A stretch of 64,000 bases of DNA from Acidobacteriota bacterium (GTDB taxonomy: Bacteria > Acidobacteriota > Thermoanaerobaculia > Thermoanaerobaculales > Sulfomarinibacteraceae): NCBI GenBank assembly GCA_022340775.1, contig JAJDNH010000029.1, positions 1,653 through 65,652 of the forward strand, written 5' to 3'. The translations under genes and the position numbers were made by a program. Below the pieces are notes generated by a model. That model was not told the DNA's origin. It ran no database searches and worked only from the letters and a program-made list of their open reading frames with translations. Below, piece after piece: positions 41,185 through 50,823 of the stretch; the first letter of the stretch is position 1, and each line of letters starts with the position of its first letter.

Positions 41185-42458
41185 GCGCCGGCACCGTGAT
41201 CCGGTCCACCTCACCGCAGCGGCCCGGGCTCCGCCTCTACCTGCGGCTGGCCTGGCGCAACGTGTGGCGTAACCCACGGCGCACGCTGCTGACCCTCTCG
41301 GCGGTGGCGTTCGCCGCCGTCATCCTCGTGTTCATGGTGTCGATGCAGCTCGGCGGCTACGGCGCCATGATCCGCGGCGCCACCGGGGTGTTCACCGGCG
41401 ATCTGCAGGTCCAGGCCGAGGGCTACCACGCCAAGCAGCGCCTCCGCACCGCTATCGCCGACGCCTCCTCGGTCGAGGCGCGGGTGGCGGCGGTGCCCGG
41501 GGTGACGGCGGTCTCCAGCCGCGCCCAGGCGTTCGCCCTGGTCTCCTCGGCCACCCGCACCTACGGCGGGATGATCGTCGGCGTCGACCCGGCGAAGGAG
41601 CCTTCTGTGTCGACGATCCCGCGCACGATACGGAAGGGACGCTACCTGTCCGGGGCCACCTCCGACGAGGCGGTTGTCGGCCAAGCCCTGGCCTCCAACC
41701 TCTCGCTCACGGTTGGCGACGAGATCACGGTCCTCGGCCAGGGACTGGACGGCTCGTTGGCGGTCGCCGTCCTGAAAGTGGTCGGGATCTTCTCGAGCGG
41801 AGTTCCCGAGCTCGACCGTCAGACCGTCGAGATGCCGCTCGCGTCGTTCCAGTCCGCCTTCTTGCTCGGCGACCGGGTTCACGCGATCGTGGTCCGCACC
41901 GGCGGCCTCGAAGCCGTTCCCCACGTGGCTGGCCTGATCCGCGCAGCCATCGCGAACCGCCCCGGCCTCACGGTGCTTCGCTGGGACCAGCTGCTCGAGG
42001 GCCTGAAGCAGGGGATCGCGATGGACGCCGCAGTCGGGTGGTTCCTGTACACGGCCCTCGTCCTGGTGGTCACCTTCAGCATTCTGAACACCTTCCTGAT
42101 GTCGGTCCTCGAGCGCACGCGAGAGTTCGGCGTCTTCCTCGCTCTCGGCACCCGGCCGAGAATCCTGGGCCGAGTCGTCATCCTCGAGTCGGTCATCCTG
42201 CTGCTGCTCGGCCTTGCCATTGGAACCCTCGCCGGCGCCGGCATCACCGCATACGCGGGCGTCCACGGCATCGCGTTCTCCTCGAGCGAGGAGCTGCTCG
42301 CTCAGTGGAGCCTGCCCGCCCGTATCTACCCGAGGCTCGATCTCCTCTCCGTGACCCTCGGACCGGCGGCGATTCTGCTCGCGACGCTGGTCGCGGCACT
42401 GTTCCCGGCTCGCAGGATTCGCCGGCTGCGCCCGGTCGACGCGATGAAGGCGGTGTGA
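41181..42458 (+). CDS. ABC transporter permease (FtsX/MacB/LolCE type)
   Basis: Architecture is TM1, a large periplasmic domain, then three C-terminal TM helices. GTGA overlap with the upstream gene. Confidence 0.85.
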   Translation: MSAGTVIRSTSPQRPGLRLYLRLAWRNVWRNPRRTLLTLSAVAFAAVILVFMVSMQLGGYGAMIRGATGVFTGDLQVQAEGYHAKQRLRTAIADASSVEARVAAVPGVTAVSSRAQAFALVSSATRTYGGMIVGVDPAKEPSVSTIPRTIRKGRYLSGATSDEAVVGQALASNLSLTVGDEITVLGQGLDGSLAVAVLKVVGIFSSGVPELDRQTVEMPLASFQSAFLLGDRVHAIVVRTGGLEAVPHVAGLIRAAIANRPGLTVLRWDQLLEGLKQGIAMDAAVGWFLYTALVLVVTFSILNTFLMSVLERTREFGVFLALGTRPRILGRVVILESVILLLLGLAIGTLAGAGITAYAGVHGIAFSSSEELLAQWSLPARIYPRLDLLSVTLGPAAILLATLVAALFPARRIRRLRPVDAMKAV

Positions 42459-42460
42459 GA

Positions 42461-43687
42461 ATGGCAAGGCTTGCCCTCCTGCTCCGCCTCGCGCGCCGCA
42501 GCGTGCTCCGCAACCGGCGCCGGACCCTGATCATCCTGGTCGCCATCAGCGTCGCCCTGTGGGCCATGATCTTCTTCGCCGCTCTCACCCGGGGATGGGA
42601 AAACGACGTTGTTCACAACGCCATCTTCACCCTCACCGGGCACCTGCAGGTGCACGCCCCCGGCTACCGCGACGACCCCTCGGTCGACCACTCCATGAAG
42701 CCCCCCAACGCAACCGTCGCGCAGCTTCTGGCCGGCACTGAGGTCGCAGCCTGGGGCACCCGCGTACGGGTGCCGGCCGTGGTCATGAGCGAGCACGACA
42801 CCGCCGGCGTAACTCTGGTCGGCATCGACCCCGCGGCCGAACGCGGTCTGTCGTTCATCGCGGATGCGGTGCACACGGGGAGGTACCTCGACTCACCGGA
42901 TGACCGCGGTATCCTGATCGGCCGCGCTCTGGCTGACCGGCTCGGTACCGGCGTCGGCAAGCGCGTGGTGGTGATGAGCCAGGCCGCCGATCACTCCGTG
43001 GCCGACCGCGGTTTCCGCGTCGTCGGCCTCTTCGAGGGCGACCGGGAGGCTACCGAAATGGCGTACGTCTTCGTCGGCCGGAGGACCGCCATGACCATGC
43101 TCAAGCTCGGCAGCCGGGTGTCGGAGCTTGCCGTCATGCTGCGCGACCGGCGCCAGCTTCCCGCCTTCCTGGCTCGACTCCGCACCGCAGCTTCCGGCCT
43201 GGACGTCCAGCCGTGGACGACCCTCGAGCCCATGGCACAGGCGATGGTCGCCCTCGGCCAGGCTTGGATCTGGATGTTCTTCGTCGTCATGTATGTGGCG
43301 ATGGCGTTCGGCCTCGTCAACACCATGCTGATGGCGGTCATGGAGCGGACCCGAGAGTTCGGCATGCTGCAAGCGCTCGGCATGCGGCCGCGGCTGATTC
43401 TGATCCAGGTGGTGTTCGAGTCCTGCTTCCTGCTCGCCGCAGGAGCCGCGGCTGGCATCGGCCTCGCCGCAGGCACCCTCTCGCTGCTGCACGGCGGCAT
43501 CAACCTATCGATCCTCGCCCAGGGCGCCGAGATGTGGGGCATGGGCAAGGTCATCTACCCCGCCGCCGCAGTCGTCGACGTGATCGGCGCCACCGCCCTG
43601 GTCGTCGTACTCGGGGTGTTTTCCAGCCTCTACCCGGCCTGGCGCGCTGCCCGCCGGGTACCGATCGAAGCCATCACCAGGAACTAG
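42461..43687 (+). CDS. ABC transporter permease (FtsX/MacB/LolCE type), second copy
   Basis: Same architecture. Starts MARLALLLRLARRSVLRNRRRT. C-terminal YPAWRAARRVPIEAI. Confidence 0.85.
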   Translation: MARLALLLRLARRSVLRNRRRTLIILVAISVALWAMIFFAALTRGWENDVVHNAIFTLTGHLQVHAPGYRDDPSVDHSMKPPNATVAQLLAGTEVAAWGTRVRVPAVVMSEHDTAGVTLVGIDPAAERGLSFIADAVHTGRYLDSPDDRGILIGRALADRLGTGVGKRVVVMSQAADHSVADRGFRVVGLFEGDREATEMAYVFVGRRTAMTMLKLGSRVSELAVMLRDRRQLPAFLARLRTAASGLDVQPWTTLEPMAQAMVALGQAWIWMFFVVMYVAMAFGLVNTMLMAVMERTREFGMLQALGMRPRLILIQVVFESCFLLAAGAAAGIGLAAGTLSLLHGGINLSILAQGAEMWGMGKVIYPAAAVVDVIGATALVVVLGVFSSLYPAWRAARRVPIEAITRN

Positions 43688-43697
43688 GAGCTCGACC

Positions 43698-44387
43698 ATG
43701 ACCGACATCGTTGCCTGCCACGACCTGTCCAAGACCTACCGCCCGGACCATCTCGCGGTCGATGCGCTGACCGACATCGAGCTGACCATCGCCGAGGGCG
43801 AGTTCGCCAGCCTGGTCGGTCCCTCGGGATCGGGTAAGACCACCCTGCTCAACCTCATCGGCGGGCTCGACACGCCGACCGCCGGTGAGGTCTACCTGCG
43901 GGGGCAGCGCGTCGACACCCTGGCCCCCGGGGAGCTGGCTGACCTGCGCCTCAATCACGTCGGCTTCGTGTTCCAGGCCTACAACCTGATCCCGGTGCTG
44001 ACCGCACGAGAGAACGTCGAGCTGGTGATGGAGCTGCAGGGCCTCGGTACCGCCGACCGCGCGCGGCTGTCGCGCGACATCCTGCACGAGGTCGGTCTCG
44101 AGGGCCTCGGCGATCGGCGGCCAGCGGAGCTGTCCGGAGGCCAGCAGCAGAGGGTGGCGGTGGCCAGGGCGATCGTGTCCCACCCGGCGGTCGTGCTCGC
44201 CGACGAGCCCACCGCCAACCTCGACTCGCAGACCGCCTCGAGCCTGCTCGAGCTGATGCGGGAGCTGAACCAGCGGCACGGGATCACCTTCATCATCTCT
44301 ACGCACGATCCGATGGTGATGGAGTTCGCCAGGCGGCGTGTGATGCTGCGAGATGGTCGCATCGTCGACGACACGGTGGCAGCTTGA
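43698..44387 (+). CDS. ABC transporter ATP-binding protein (LolD/MacB-type)
   Basis: Walker A GPSGSGKTT, signature [14 protein letters not shown], Walker B VVLADEPT. Confidence 0.95.
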   Translation: MTDIVACHDLSKTYRPDHLAVDALTDIELTIAEGEFASLVGPSGSGKTTLLNLIGGLDTPTAGEVYLRGQRVDTLAPGELADLRLNHVGFVFQAYNLIPVLTARENVELVMELQGLGTADRARLSRDILHEVGLEGLGDRRPAELSGGQQQRVAVARAIVSHPAVVLADEPTANLDSQTASSLLELMRELNQRHGITFIISTHDPMVMEFARRRVMLRDGRIVDDTVAA

Positions 44388-45649
44388 GGAAAGCAGCGTT
44401 CGCCCTCCTGGTCGCTGTGAGCACGGCCGCACCCGCCGGTGCCGGCGACGTGCCGGAGCTGCATGGGCACGTCAAGCTCCAGTCCTCCTTGCAGCTGTTT
44501 CGTCACGACGACCTGGGTGCGCTGCTCGCCGGCTCCCACCCCGACGACTCGACCCTCGACCTGCGTCTCGACACCGTGTGGAGGCGCTCCCGTTGGGACC
44601 TGGCAGTGGACGCCCAGCTGCTGGCTATCGGCGGGGACGGCGTCAACGCGCGCTCCAACCCACTGGCCGGCGATCTTGCCGGCTTCCTACTCGGCGTTCC
44701 CACGCCGTCGGACCAGCTCCAATGGCTCGACCTCAGTCACACCTTCTCGAGCGGCGGCTCGCGGCTTGTGTTCGGAAGGCTGGACCGCTTGTCCGTCGGC
44801 TACACCGGCGACCGCCTCGTGATGCGTCTCGGGCGGCAGGCGCTGAGCTGGGGCGGAGGCCTCGTGTTCCAAGTTCTCGACCTCTTCAACCCCTTCCCGC
44901 CGACCGTCATCGACACCGACTACAAGCCCGGCACCGACATGCTGACCGCGCAGTGGCTGCTGGCCGGCGGCGACGACTTGCAGGCGGTCGTGGTCCCGCG
45001 CCGCCCGGGCCCGGGACGCCGGGTCTCCGCCGATGCCAGCTCGCTCGCGGTCAAGTGGCACCACTTCGCGGGCAGCACCGAGGTCGAGCTCATGGGGGCC
45101 AGGCACTACGCCGACACGGTGGCCGGCATCGGTGCCAGCGGCAACCTCGGCGGCGGCGTGTGGCGGGTCAACGCAACCTATACCGCTCTCGCTCACGGGG
45201 GCCGCGTTACCTCTCTCCTCGCCAACCTGGACCGTTCGTGGGTGTGGGGAGGACGCAACGCCTACGGGTTCGTCGAGTACTTCCGCAACGGCTTTGGAAC
45301 TCCCTCTCTCGACCGCGGCGCCGCCGCGCTTCCTGAGTCGCTTCTCGTTCGCCTCGCGCGAGGCGAGCTGTTCAACCTCGGCCGCAACGAGCTCGCCGGC
45401 GGCCTTCGCTTCGAGTGGACGCCTCGATTGGCCCTCGAGCCAACCGTGATCGTGAACCTCGACGACCTCAGCTCGATGCTCCTGTTCAGAGTGACCTTCG
45501 ACTGGCTCGAGAACCTCCAGCTCGACGCCGGCCTTCAGACGGGCGCCGGACCCCGCGGGACCGAGTACGGCGGCGTACCGGTCGGCTTTCCGAGCCCCTA
45601 CGCCGCCCCCGGCCGCCGCATCTGGCTCCGGCTCAGTCGATACTTCTAG
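44384..45649 (+). CDS. putative outer-membrane beta-barrel protein
   Basis: TTGA overlap with the ATPase stop. Signal peptide AAFALLVAVSTAAPAGA. Alternating amphipathic strands and a C-terminal ...LRLSRYF aromatic terminus. Confidence 0.55.
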   Translation: MRKAAFALLVAVSTAAPAGAGDVPELHGHVKLQSSLQLFRHDDLGALLAGSHPDDSTLDLRLDTVWRRSRWDLAVDAQLLAIGGDGVNARSNPLAGDLAGFLLGVPTPSDQLQWLDLSHTFSSGGSRLVFGRLDRLSVGYTGDRLVMRLGRQALSWGGGLVFQVLDLFNPFPPTVIDTDYKPGTDMLTAQWLLAGGDDLQAVVVPRRPGPGRRVSADASSLAVKWHHFAGSTEVELMGARHYADTVAGIGASGNLGGGVWRVNATYTALAHGGRVTSLLANLDRSWVWGGRNAYGFVEYFRNGFGTPSLDRGAAALPESLLVRLARGELFNLGRNELAGGLRFEWTPRLALEPTVIVNLDDLSSMLLFRVTFDWLENLQLDAGLQTGAGPRGTEYGGVPVGFPSPYAAPGRRIWLRLSRYF

Positions 45650-45653
45650 AGCC

Positions 45654-45671
45654 TTAACATCAAGTTCACAT
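45654..45671 (+). promoter_or_regulatory. Pho-box-like direct repeat TTAACAT-N4-TTCACAT upstream of pstS
   Basis: Two 7-mers at 11-bp spacing sit in an AT-rich patch about 80 nt upstream of pstS. Confidence 0.3.
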
Positions 45672-45752
45672 TGTCGCCTTACAAGGGTCTGGCCGGACGG
45701 GTCGGAGTCGCCGGCCCGAGGACCGGAAGAACAACCCAGACAAGGAGAAGTG

Positions 45753-46802
45753 ATGATGGCACGGAAGTTTGGCTGGCTGACGATAGTCGCCCTCATGGCG
45801 CTCGCCCTGACGGCCGGGATGGCCGCGGCACAGACGACCCTGAACGGAGCCGGTGCGACGTTCCCGTACCCCGTGTACGCCCAGTGGGCGGCCGCGTATG
45901 CCAAGCAGACCGGCGTCAAGCTCAACTACCAGGCGATCGGGTCCGGCGGGGGAATCGCCCAGATCAAGGCCAAGACGGTCGACTTCGGCGCCTCCGACGC
46001 GCCCCTGACCAAGAAAGAGCTCGACGAGATCGGCCTCATCCAGTGGCCGATGATCATGGGCGGCGTGGTCCCGGTGCTGAACGTTCCCGGGATGGCGCCG
46101 GGACAGATCAAGCTCACACCGTCGCTGCTCGCCGACATGTTCCTCGGCAAGGTCACGAAGTGGAACGATCCGCAGGTGGCCAAGGCCAACCCCGGCGTGA
46201 GGTTGCCGAACCTCGCCATCACGATTGTCCACCGTTCCGACGGCTCCGGCACCACCTGGATCTTCACCAACTACCTCGACAAGGTGTCCCCCGCATGGCA
46301 CGCCAAGGTCGGTACCGACAAGGCCGTGGCGTGGCCGGCCGGAGTGGGCGGCAAGGGCAACCAGGGTGTGGCAGCCTACGTGCAGCGCATCAAGGGCTCT
46401 CTCGGCTACGTCGAGTACGCCTACTGCCTGCAGAACAAGATGACCTTTGCCAAGCTGCAGAACAGCGCCGGCAACTTCGTCGATCCCACGAGCGAGACCT
46501 TCCAGGCCGCTGCAGCCAACGCCGACTGGAAGAACGCGCCGGGCTTCTACCTGGTGCTCACCGACCAGCCCGGCGCCAAGAGCTGGCCGATCACTGGCGC
46601 CTCCTTTATCCTCTTCTACAAGGACCAGGCGAACATGGCGAAGGCCAAGGCTGTGCTGAGCTTCTGGGCGTGGTGCTACGCTCACGGTCAGAAGATGGCC
46701 GAGGACCTCGACTACGTGCCGATGCCGCAGGCCGTCGTTGACTTGGTCGAGGCCAGCTGGAGCAGCCAACTCCACGCCGGCGGCCAGGCCGTGTGGAAGT
46801 AA
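45753..46802 (+). CDS. pstS: phosphate ABC transporter substrate-binding protein
   Basis: Segments GAGATFPYPVYAQWA, SGGGIAQI, FGASDAPL and RSDGSGTT. Signal peptide present. ATG follows AAGGAG. Confidence 0.95.
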   Translation: MMARKFGWLTIVALMALALTAGMAAAQTTLNGAGATFPYPVYAQWAAAYAKQTGVKLNYQAIGSGGGIAQIKAKTVDFGASDAPLTKKELDEIGLIQWPMIMGGVVPVLNVPGMAPGQIKLTPSLLADMFLGKVTKWNDPQVAKANPGVRLPNLAITIVHRSDGSGTTWIFTNYLDKVSPAWHAKVGTDKAVAWPAGVGGKGNQGVAAYVQRIKGSLGYVEYAYCLQNKMTFAKLQNSAGNFVDPTSETFQAAAANADWKNAPGFYLVLTDQPGAKSWPITGASFILFYKDQANMAKAKAVLSFWAWCYAHGQKMAEDLDYVPMPQAVVDLVEASWSSQLHAGGQAVWK

Positions 46803-46861
46803 CGACCGCTGGTCGGAGCAGGGGGGCAGCCATCGCCGAGGTGGTCGCTTTCCCGGGCAGG

Positions 46862-47806
46862 ATGATGCGGAGAAGGTCTCACACCAGGGCGCAAGCCCTC
46901 GCCGAAACCACGTTCCACGGGACCGCGCTGACCTGCGCGGTCCTCGTGTTGGTCTCCATGACGGCGATCTTCGTCGAGCTGGTCAGGAACTCGCGCCTGT
47001 CCCTAGCCAAGTTCGGCTGGGGGTTCCTGACGTCGGCCGCGTGGAACCCGGTGACCAGTGACTTCGGCGCCGCAAGCAGCATCTTCGGCACCCTAGTCTC
47101 GACCGCGATCGCACTCCTCATCGCGGTCCCCTTGAGCCTCGCCATCGCCCTCTTCCTGGTCGAGATGGCGCACCCGAGGATCGCCCGTCCCGTCGGCTCG
47201 GCGATCGAGCTGCTGGCCGCCATCCCCAGCATCATCTACGGCATGTGGGGCCTGTTCGTACTCGCCCCGTACATGGCCGACCACGTGCAGCCCCTGCTGC
47301 AGAAGTTCTTCGGCAAACTGCCTCTGTTCGCCGGTCCGCCGATGGGCATCGGCATGCTCAGCGCTGGGCTGGTCCTGGCGCTGATGGTGCTTCCCTTCAT
47401 CACCGCCGTCGTGCGCGACATCTTCGCCCTCGTGCCCTCGGTGATGAAAGAGGCCGGCTACGGCATGGGAGCCACGACCTGGGAAGTGACCCGCAAGGTG
47501 ACGCTGCGCCACGGCATGCGCGGCGTGCTCGGCGGCGTCTTCCTGGGGCTCGGGAGGGCGATCGGCGAGACCATGGCGGTGACCTTCGTGATCGGCAACG
47601 ACCACCGCATCGCAGCTTCGCTGTTCGCCTCCGGAAACACCATCTCGTCGACGCTCGCCAACGAGTTCACCGAGGCCTCGCAGCCGCTCTACCTGTCGGC
47701 GCTGGTCGAGCTCGGCCTGATCCTGTTCGTCATCACCTTCCTGATCCAGATCGCGGCCCAACTGTGGCTGAAGCACATCTCCCACCGCCTCGGAACGGAC
47801 AAATGA
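46862..47806 (+). CDS. pstC: phosphate ABC transporter permease PstC
   Basis: Six TM helices. Motif EAGYGMGATTWEV (EAA loop). The start could alternatively be the GTG at 46793. Confidence 0.9.
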   Translation: MMRRRSHTRAQALAETTFHGTALTCAVLVLVSMTAIFVELVRNSRLSLAKFGWGFLTSAAWNPVTSDFGAASSIFGTLVSTAIALLIAVPLSLAIALFLVEMAHPRIARPVGSAIELLAAIPSIIYGMWGLFVLAPYMADHVQPLLQKFFGKLPLFAGPPMGIGMLSAGLVLALMVLPFITAVVRDIFALVPSVMKEAGYGMGATTWEVTRKVTLRHGMRGVLGGVFLGLGRAIGETMAVTFVIGNDHRIAASLFASGNTISSTLANEFTEASQPLYLSALVELGLILFVITFLIQIAAQLWLKHISHRLGTDK

Positions 47807-48645
47807 GACGCCGTCCCTCCTGGCCCCGCAAGCTCAGCGACGTCATCGTCAAGGTGCTCGCCGCGCTGTCGGCGCTGTTCGGCCTCGTCTTCCTGGCGTG
47901 GATCCTCTACGTCGTCCTACGGCACGGCGCCAGCGCGCTCAGCTGGAAGTTCCTGACCACGCTCCCATCGCCGCCGGGCGTTGGGGGAGGCGGGCTCGCG
48001 AATGCCATCATCGGCACCGCTGCGATGACGCTGCTGGCTTGCGTCATGGGCGTGCCGGTTGGCCTCATGGCCGGGGTCTACCTGGCCGAGTTCGGACGCG
48101 GTAACCGGTTCGCCACCCTGGTCCGTTTCCTGGTCAACGTCATGATGGGCATCCCGTCGATCATCGTCGGCCTGTTCGTCTACACGATCATGGTCCGTCC
48201 GGTCGGCCACTTCTCGGGCTGGGCAGGAGCGGTGTCGCTGGCGCTTCTGATCATGCCGGTGGTCGCGCGCACGACCGAGGACATGCTCACACTGGTCCCC
48301 AACTCCCTCCGGGAGTCCGCACTCGCACTCGGGGTGCCGCACTGGCGCAGCACGGTCCAGATCATGTTCCGGGCCGCCAAGGCCGGCCTTCTGACCGGCG
48401 TGCTGCTGGCCGTTGCCCGGGTCAGCGGCGAGACCGCACCTCTGCTGTTCACGGCCCTCGACAGCCCCTACTGGCCGCACTCCCTCAACGGCCCCACCGG
48501 CAACCTCACCGTCACCATCTTCAACTACGCGATGTCCCCGTACCCCAACTGGCAGCAGGCCGCGTGGGGTGCATCGTTCCTCATCACCGCGGGCGTGCTG
48601 GCGCTGACCATTGTGTCGCGCGCCCTGGCTCGGGAGAAGAAGTGA
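47803..48645 (+). CDS. pstA: phosphate ABC transporter permease PstA
   Basis: ATGA overlap with pstC. Motif [14 protein letters not shown] (EAA loop). Confidence 0.9.
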   Translation: MRRRPSWPRKLSDVIVKVLAALSALFGLVFLAWILYVVLRHGASALSWKFLTTLPSPPGVGGGGLANAIIGTAAMTLLACVMGVPVGLMAGVYLAEFGRGNRFATLVRFLVNVMMGIPSIIVGLFVYTIMVRPVGHFSGWAGAVSLALLIMPVVARTTEDMLTLVPNSLRESALALGVPHWRSTVQIMFRAAKAGLLTGVLLAVARVSGETAPLLFTALDSPYWPHSLNGPTGNLTVTIFNYAMSPYPNWQQAAWGASFLITAGVLALTIVSRALAREKK

Positions 48646-49487
48646 TGAACAGTTCCTCTGCACCCCAATCGCCGCCTGCCGGCCAGCTCCTGGTGAAGAC
48701 GTCCGTGGCGCCCCACGCCGCGCCGGCGCCAAGCAAGACCAAGATCTCGGTTCGGGGGCTGGACTTCTTCTATGGGGACCACCAGGCGCTGTACGACAAC
48801 AACCTCGAGATCCCGGCCGGAACCGTGACCGCGATCATCGGCCCGTCCGGGTGCGGCAAGTCCACCCACATCCGGGTCTTCAACCGCATCTACCAGCTCT
48901 ACCGCGACCAACGGGCGAGCGGCGAGGTGCGGCTCGACGGCCAGAACATCCTCGCACCGGGTGTCGATCTGATCGAGCTGCGGCGCCGAGTCGGGATGAT
49001 CTTCCAGAAACCGACGCCCTTCCCCTTGAGCGTCTACGAGAACCTCGCCTATGGCATTCGCCTCCACTACAAGGTCAACCGGTCGGAGCTCGACGGCAGG
49101 GTCGAGCAGGCGCTGCGCGCCGCCGCCCTGTGGGATGAGGTCAAGGACAAGCTGCACCGCTCGGGAACGGCCCTGTCGGGGGGTCAGCAGCAGCGGCTGT
49201 GCATCGCACGTGCGATCGCCGTCGAGCCCGAGGTGCTGCTGATGGACGAGCCCACCTCCGCGATCGACCCGGTCGCCACCGCCCGCATCGAGGAGCTGGT
49301 CAACGAGCTCAAGCAGCAGTACACGATCGTCATCGTGACCCACAACATGCAGCAGGCGACCCGCATCTCGGAGTTCACCGCGTTCTTCTTCGAGGGCCGC
49401 ATCATCGAGTTCGGGCCGACCATCCAGCTGTTCACCAACCCGAAGGAGCGCAAGACCGAGGAGTACATCACCGGCCGCTTCGGCTAA
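48645..49487 (+). CDS. pstB: phosphate ABC transporter ATP-binding protein PstB
   Basis: Walker [10 protein letters not shown], then [14 protein letters not shown] and [17 protein letters not shown] overlap with pstA. Confidence 0.95.
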   Translation: MNSSSAPQSPPAGQLLVKTSVAPHAAPAPSKTKISVRGLDFFYGDHQALYDNNLEIPAGTVTAIIGPSGCGKSTHIRVFNRIYQLYRDQRASGEVRLDGQNILAPGVDLIELRRRVGMIFQKPTPFPLSVYENLAYGIRLHYKVNRSELDGRVEQALRAAALWDEVKDKLHRSGTALSGGQQQRLCIARAIAVEPEVLLMDEPTSAIDPVATARIEELVNELKQQYTIVIVTHNMQQATRISEFTAFFFEGRIIEFGPTIQLFTNPKERKTEEYITGRFG

Positions 49488-49513
49488 TCCCCAACCCGGC
49501 GTGGGACGAACCT

Positions 49514-49675
49514 AACCACGGATTTCACAGATTTCACGGATCCTAGAAGAACGCGGTGTGGGCTCTTGTCGGGCTCGGGGGACCCAGGGTCGATGGCGGA
49601 TGGTTGGTCGCGAAGGCAGCGAACAGCCCATCAGGCTTCCTCTTTTGGTCGCTGTAATCCGTGTAATCCGTGGTT
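49514..49675. repeat. MITE/REP-like element, copy 2
   Basis: The left arm is AACCACGGATTTCACAGATTTCACGGAT (49514-49541). The right arm is ATCCGTGTAATCCGTGGTT (49657-49675). The terminal motif matches 20446-20610. It lies in the convergent pstB/HIT intergenic region. Confidence 0.7.
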
Positions 49676-49719
49676 TTCTTCCTCATCACGGGGCTGGAGC
49701 CAGCCGTGGCTGATCCTGC

Positions 49720-50178
49720 TCAGTCGTCGGCCTCGCGGATCTTCCGGGCTGTCTCCCCGAGGCGGCTTTGCTGTCTGATCACGGCCAGGCCGGGAGGCGA
49801 CTCTTGGAACTTCTCGAGCGCGTTGAATGAGGCGTCGAGGACGTCACCCTTGACCGTTGGCACCAGAAACAGGTGGGTATGGGGGATCCGTCGGCCGCGC
49901 GCGTAGAGGCACACGAAGTCCGGCGAGTACGACCTGTGCAGCCGTCGCGCCACCCGCCTCGCCATTGTGAACAGGCTCACCGTCTCCTCCTTGGTGAGGT
50001 CGTGCCACCACGGCACGTGCCGCTTCGAGATCACCAGGCAGTGACCCTCGGCAAGCGGGTTGATGTCGAGCAGGCACAGCGACAGCTCGTCCTCGTCGAC
50101 AATGTGGGCCGGCGCCCGCCCCGCAACGATCTCGCAGAACACACACGCCGTATCTTCTCCGGACATCGCCCCCCCCAA
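49720..50178 (-). CDS. HIT-family (histidine triad) protein
   Basis: Segments CVFCEIVAGRAPAHIV, INPLAEGHCLVISKRHV and IPHTHLFLVP. Confidence 0.75.
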   Translation of the reverse strand: MGGAMSGEDTACVFCEIVAGRAPAHIVDEDELSLCLLDINPLAEGHCLVISKRHVPWWHDLTKEETVSLFTMARRVARRLHRSYSPDFVCLYARGRRIPHTHLFLVPTVKGDVLDASFNALEKFQESPPGLAVIRQQSRLGETARKIREADD

Positions 50179-50235
50179 TCGGAACCGCTGGCGCCAGTCT
50201 CCCGCGCTCCCCCGGGCTGGGTCAAGAGCAACGTG

Positions 50236-50682
50236 CTATCTGAACCGCTCCAGAGCCTCCCTGAGGTGTGGCGGGATCTCGATGGGCTGGCCGGTCGCGT
50301 AGTCGAACGCGACCTGGACCGTCCGCGCTGCGGCCAACAGCCGGCCCGACCTCTGCTCGGTGACCAGGTACTCGAAGTCGAAGCTCTTGGAACCGGTGCG
50401 GGCGACCCGGATGTAGACGTTCAGAGTCTCGGCGACCGCCGCGGGCGACAGGTACCGGCAGGTTGCCTCGGCGAGGATGAACGGGAACTGCTGCTCCGGC
50501 GACGGGCCGTGGAGGTCGGTGGGCGCGAGCTCCTTGAACAGCGCGACACGAGCCTCCTCCAGGTAGGTCAGGTACACCGCGTTGTTGACGTGGCCCATGG
50601 CGTCAACGTCACGGAACCTGACCACGACCTCGGTGTGCAGAGGGAAGCTCTCGGGCGACGGAACGGGGCGCGAGGGCGACAT
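50236..50682 (-). CDS. 4HBT/YbgC-like acyl-CoA thioesterase
   Basis: Hotdog-fold motif VRFRDVDAMGHVNNAVYLTYLEEAR. It is the 148-aa C-terminal part of ORF 50236..51237. Confidence 0.8.
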   Translation of the reverse strand: MSPSRPVPSPESFPLHTEVVVRFRDVDAMGHVNNAVYLTYLEEARVALFKELAPTDLHGPSPEQQFPFILAEATCRYLSPAAVAETLNVYIRVARTGSKSFDFEYLVTEQRSGRLLAAARTVQVAFDYATGQPIEIPPHLREALERFR

Positions 50683-50823
50683 CCCGAGTATTTTGCGCGG
50701 CAGGGGAAGGCGGGTCAACCGCAACGCCTCCCTAATCATTGCCAGCCGGACCAACCACCCGGCCGGGCGGGGCTCGCCGCTGGCATGCACCCGGGGTGTG
50801 ATGTACCCTCGTGCGGTGGCGCA

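Noticed and set aside
49720-50178. A possible degenerate histidine triad (IPHTHLF) in the HIT protein.
   Set aside because: The reading depends on how the motif is aligned: the first His could be Ile, or the third could be Phe. I cannot decide without a profile alignment, so it is not reported as a finding.
49873-50823. The first 317 codons of the 822-aa plus-strand ORF 49873..52341.
   Set aside because: This part is antisense to the HIT and thioesterase genes and is low-complexity. The kinase-like protein plausibly starts at ATG 50824, before its first TM helix.
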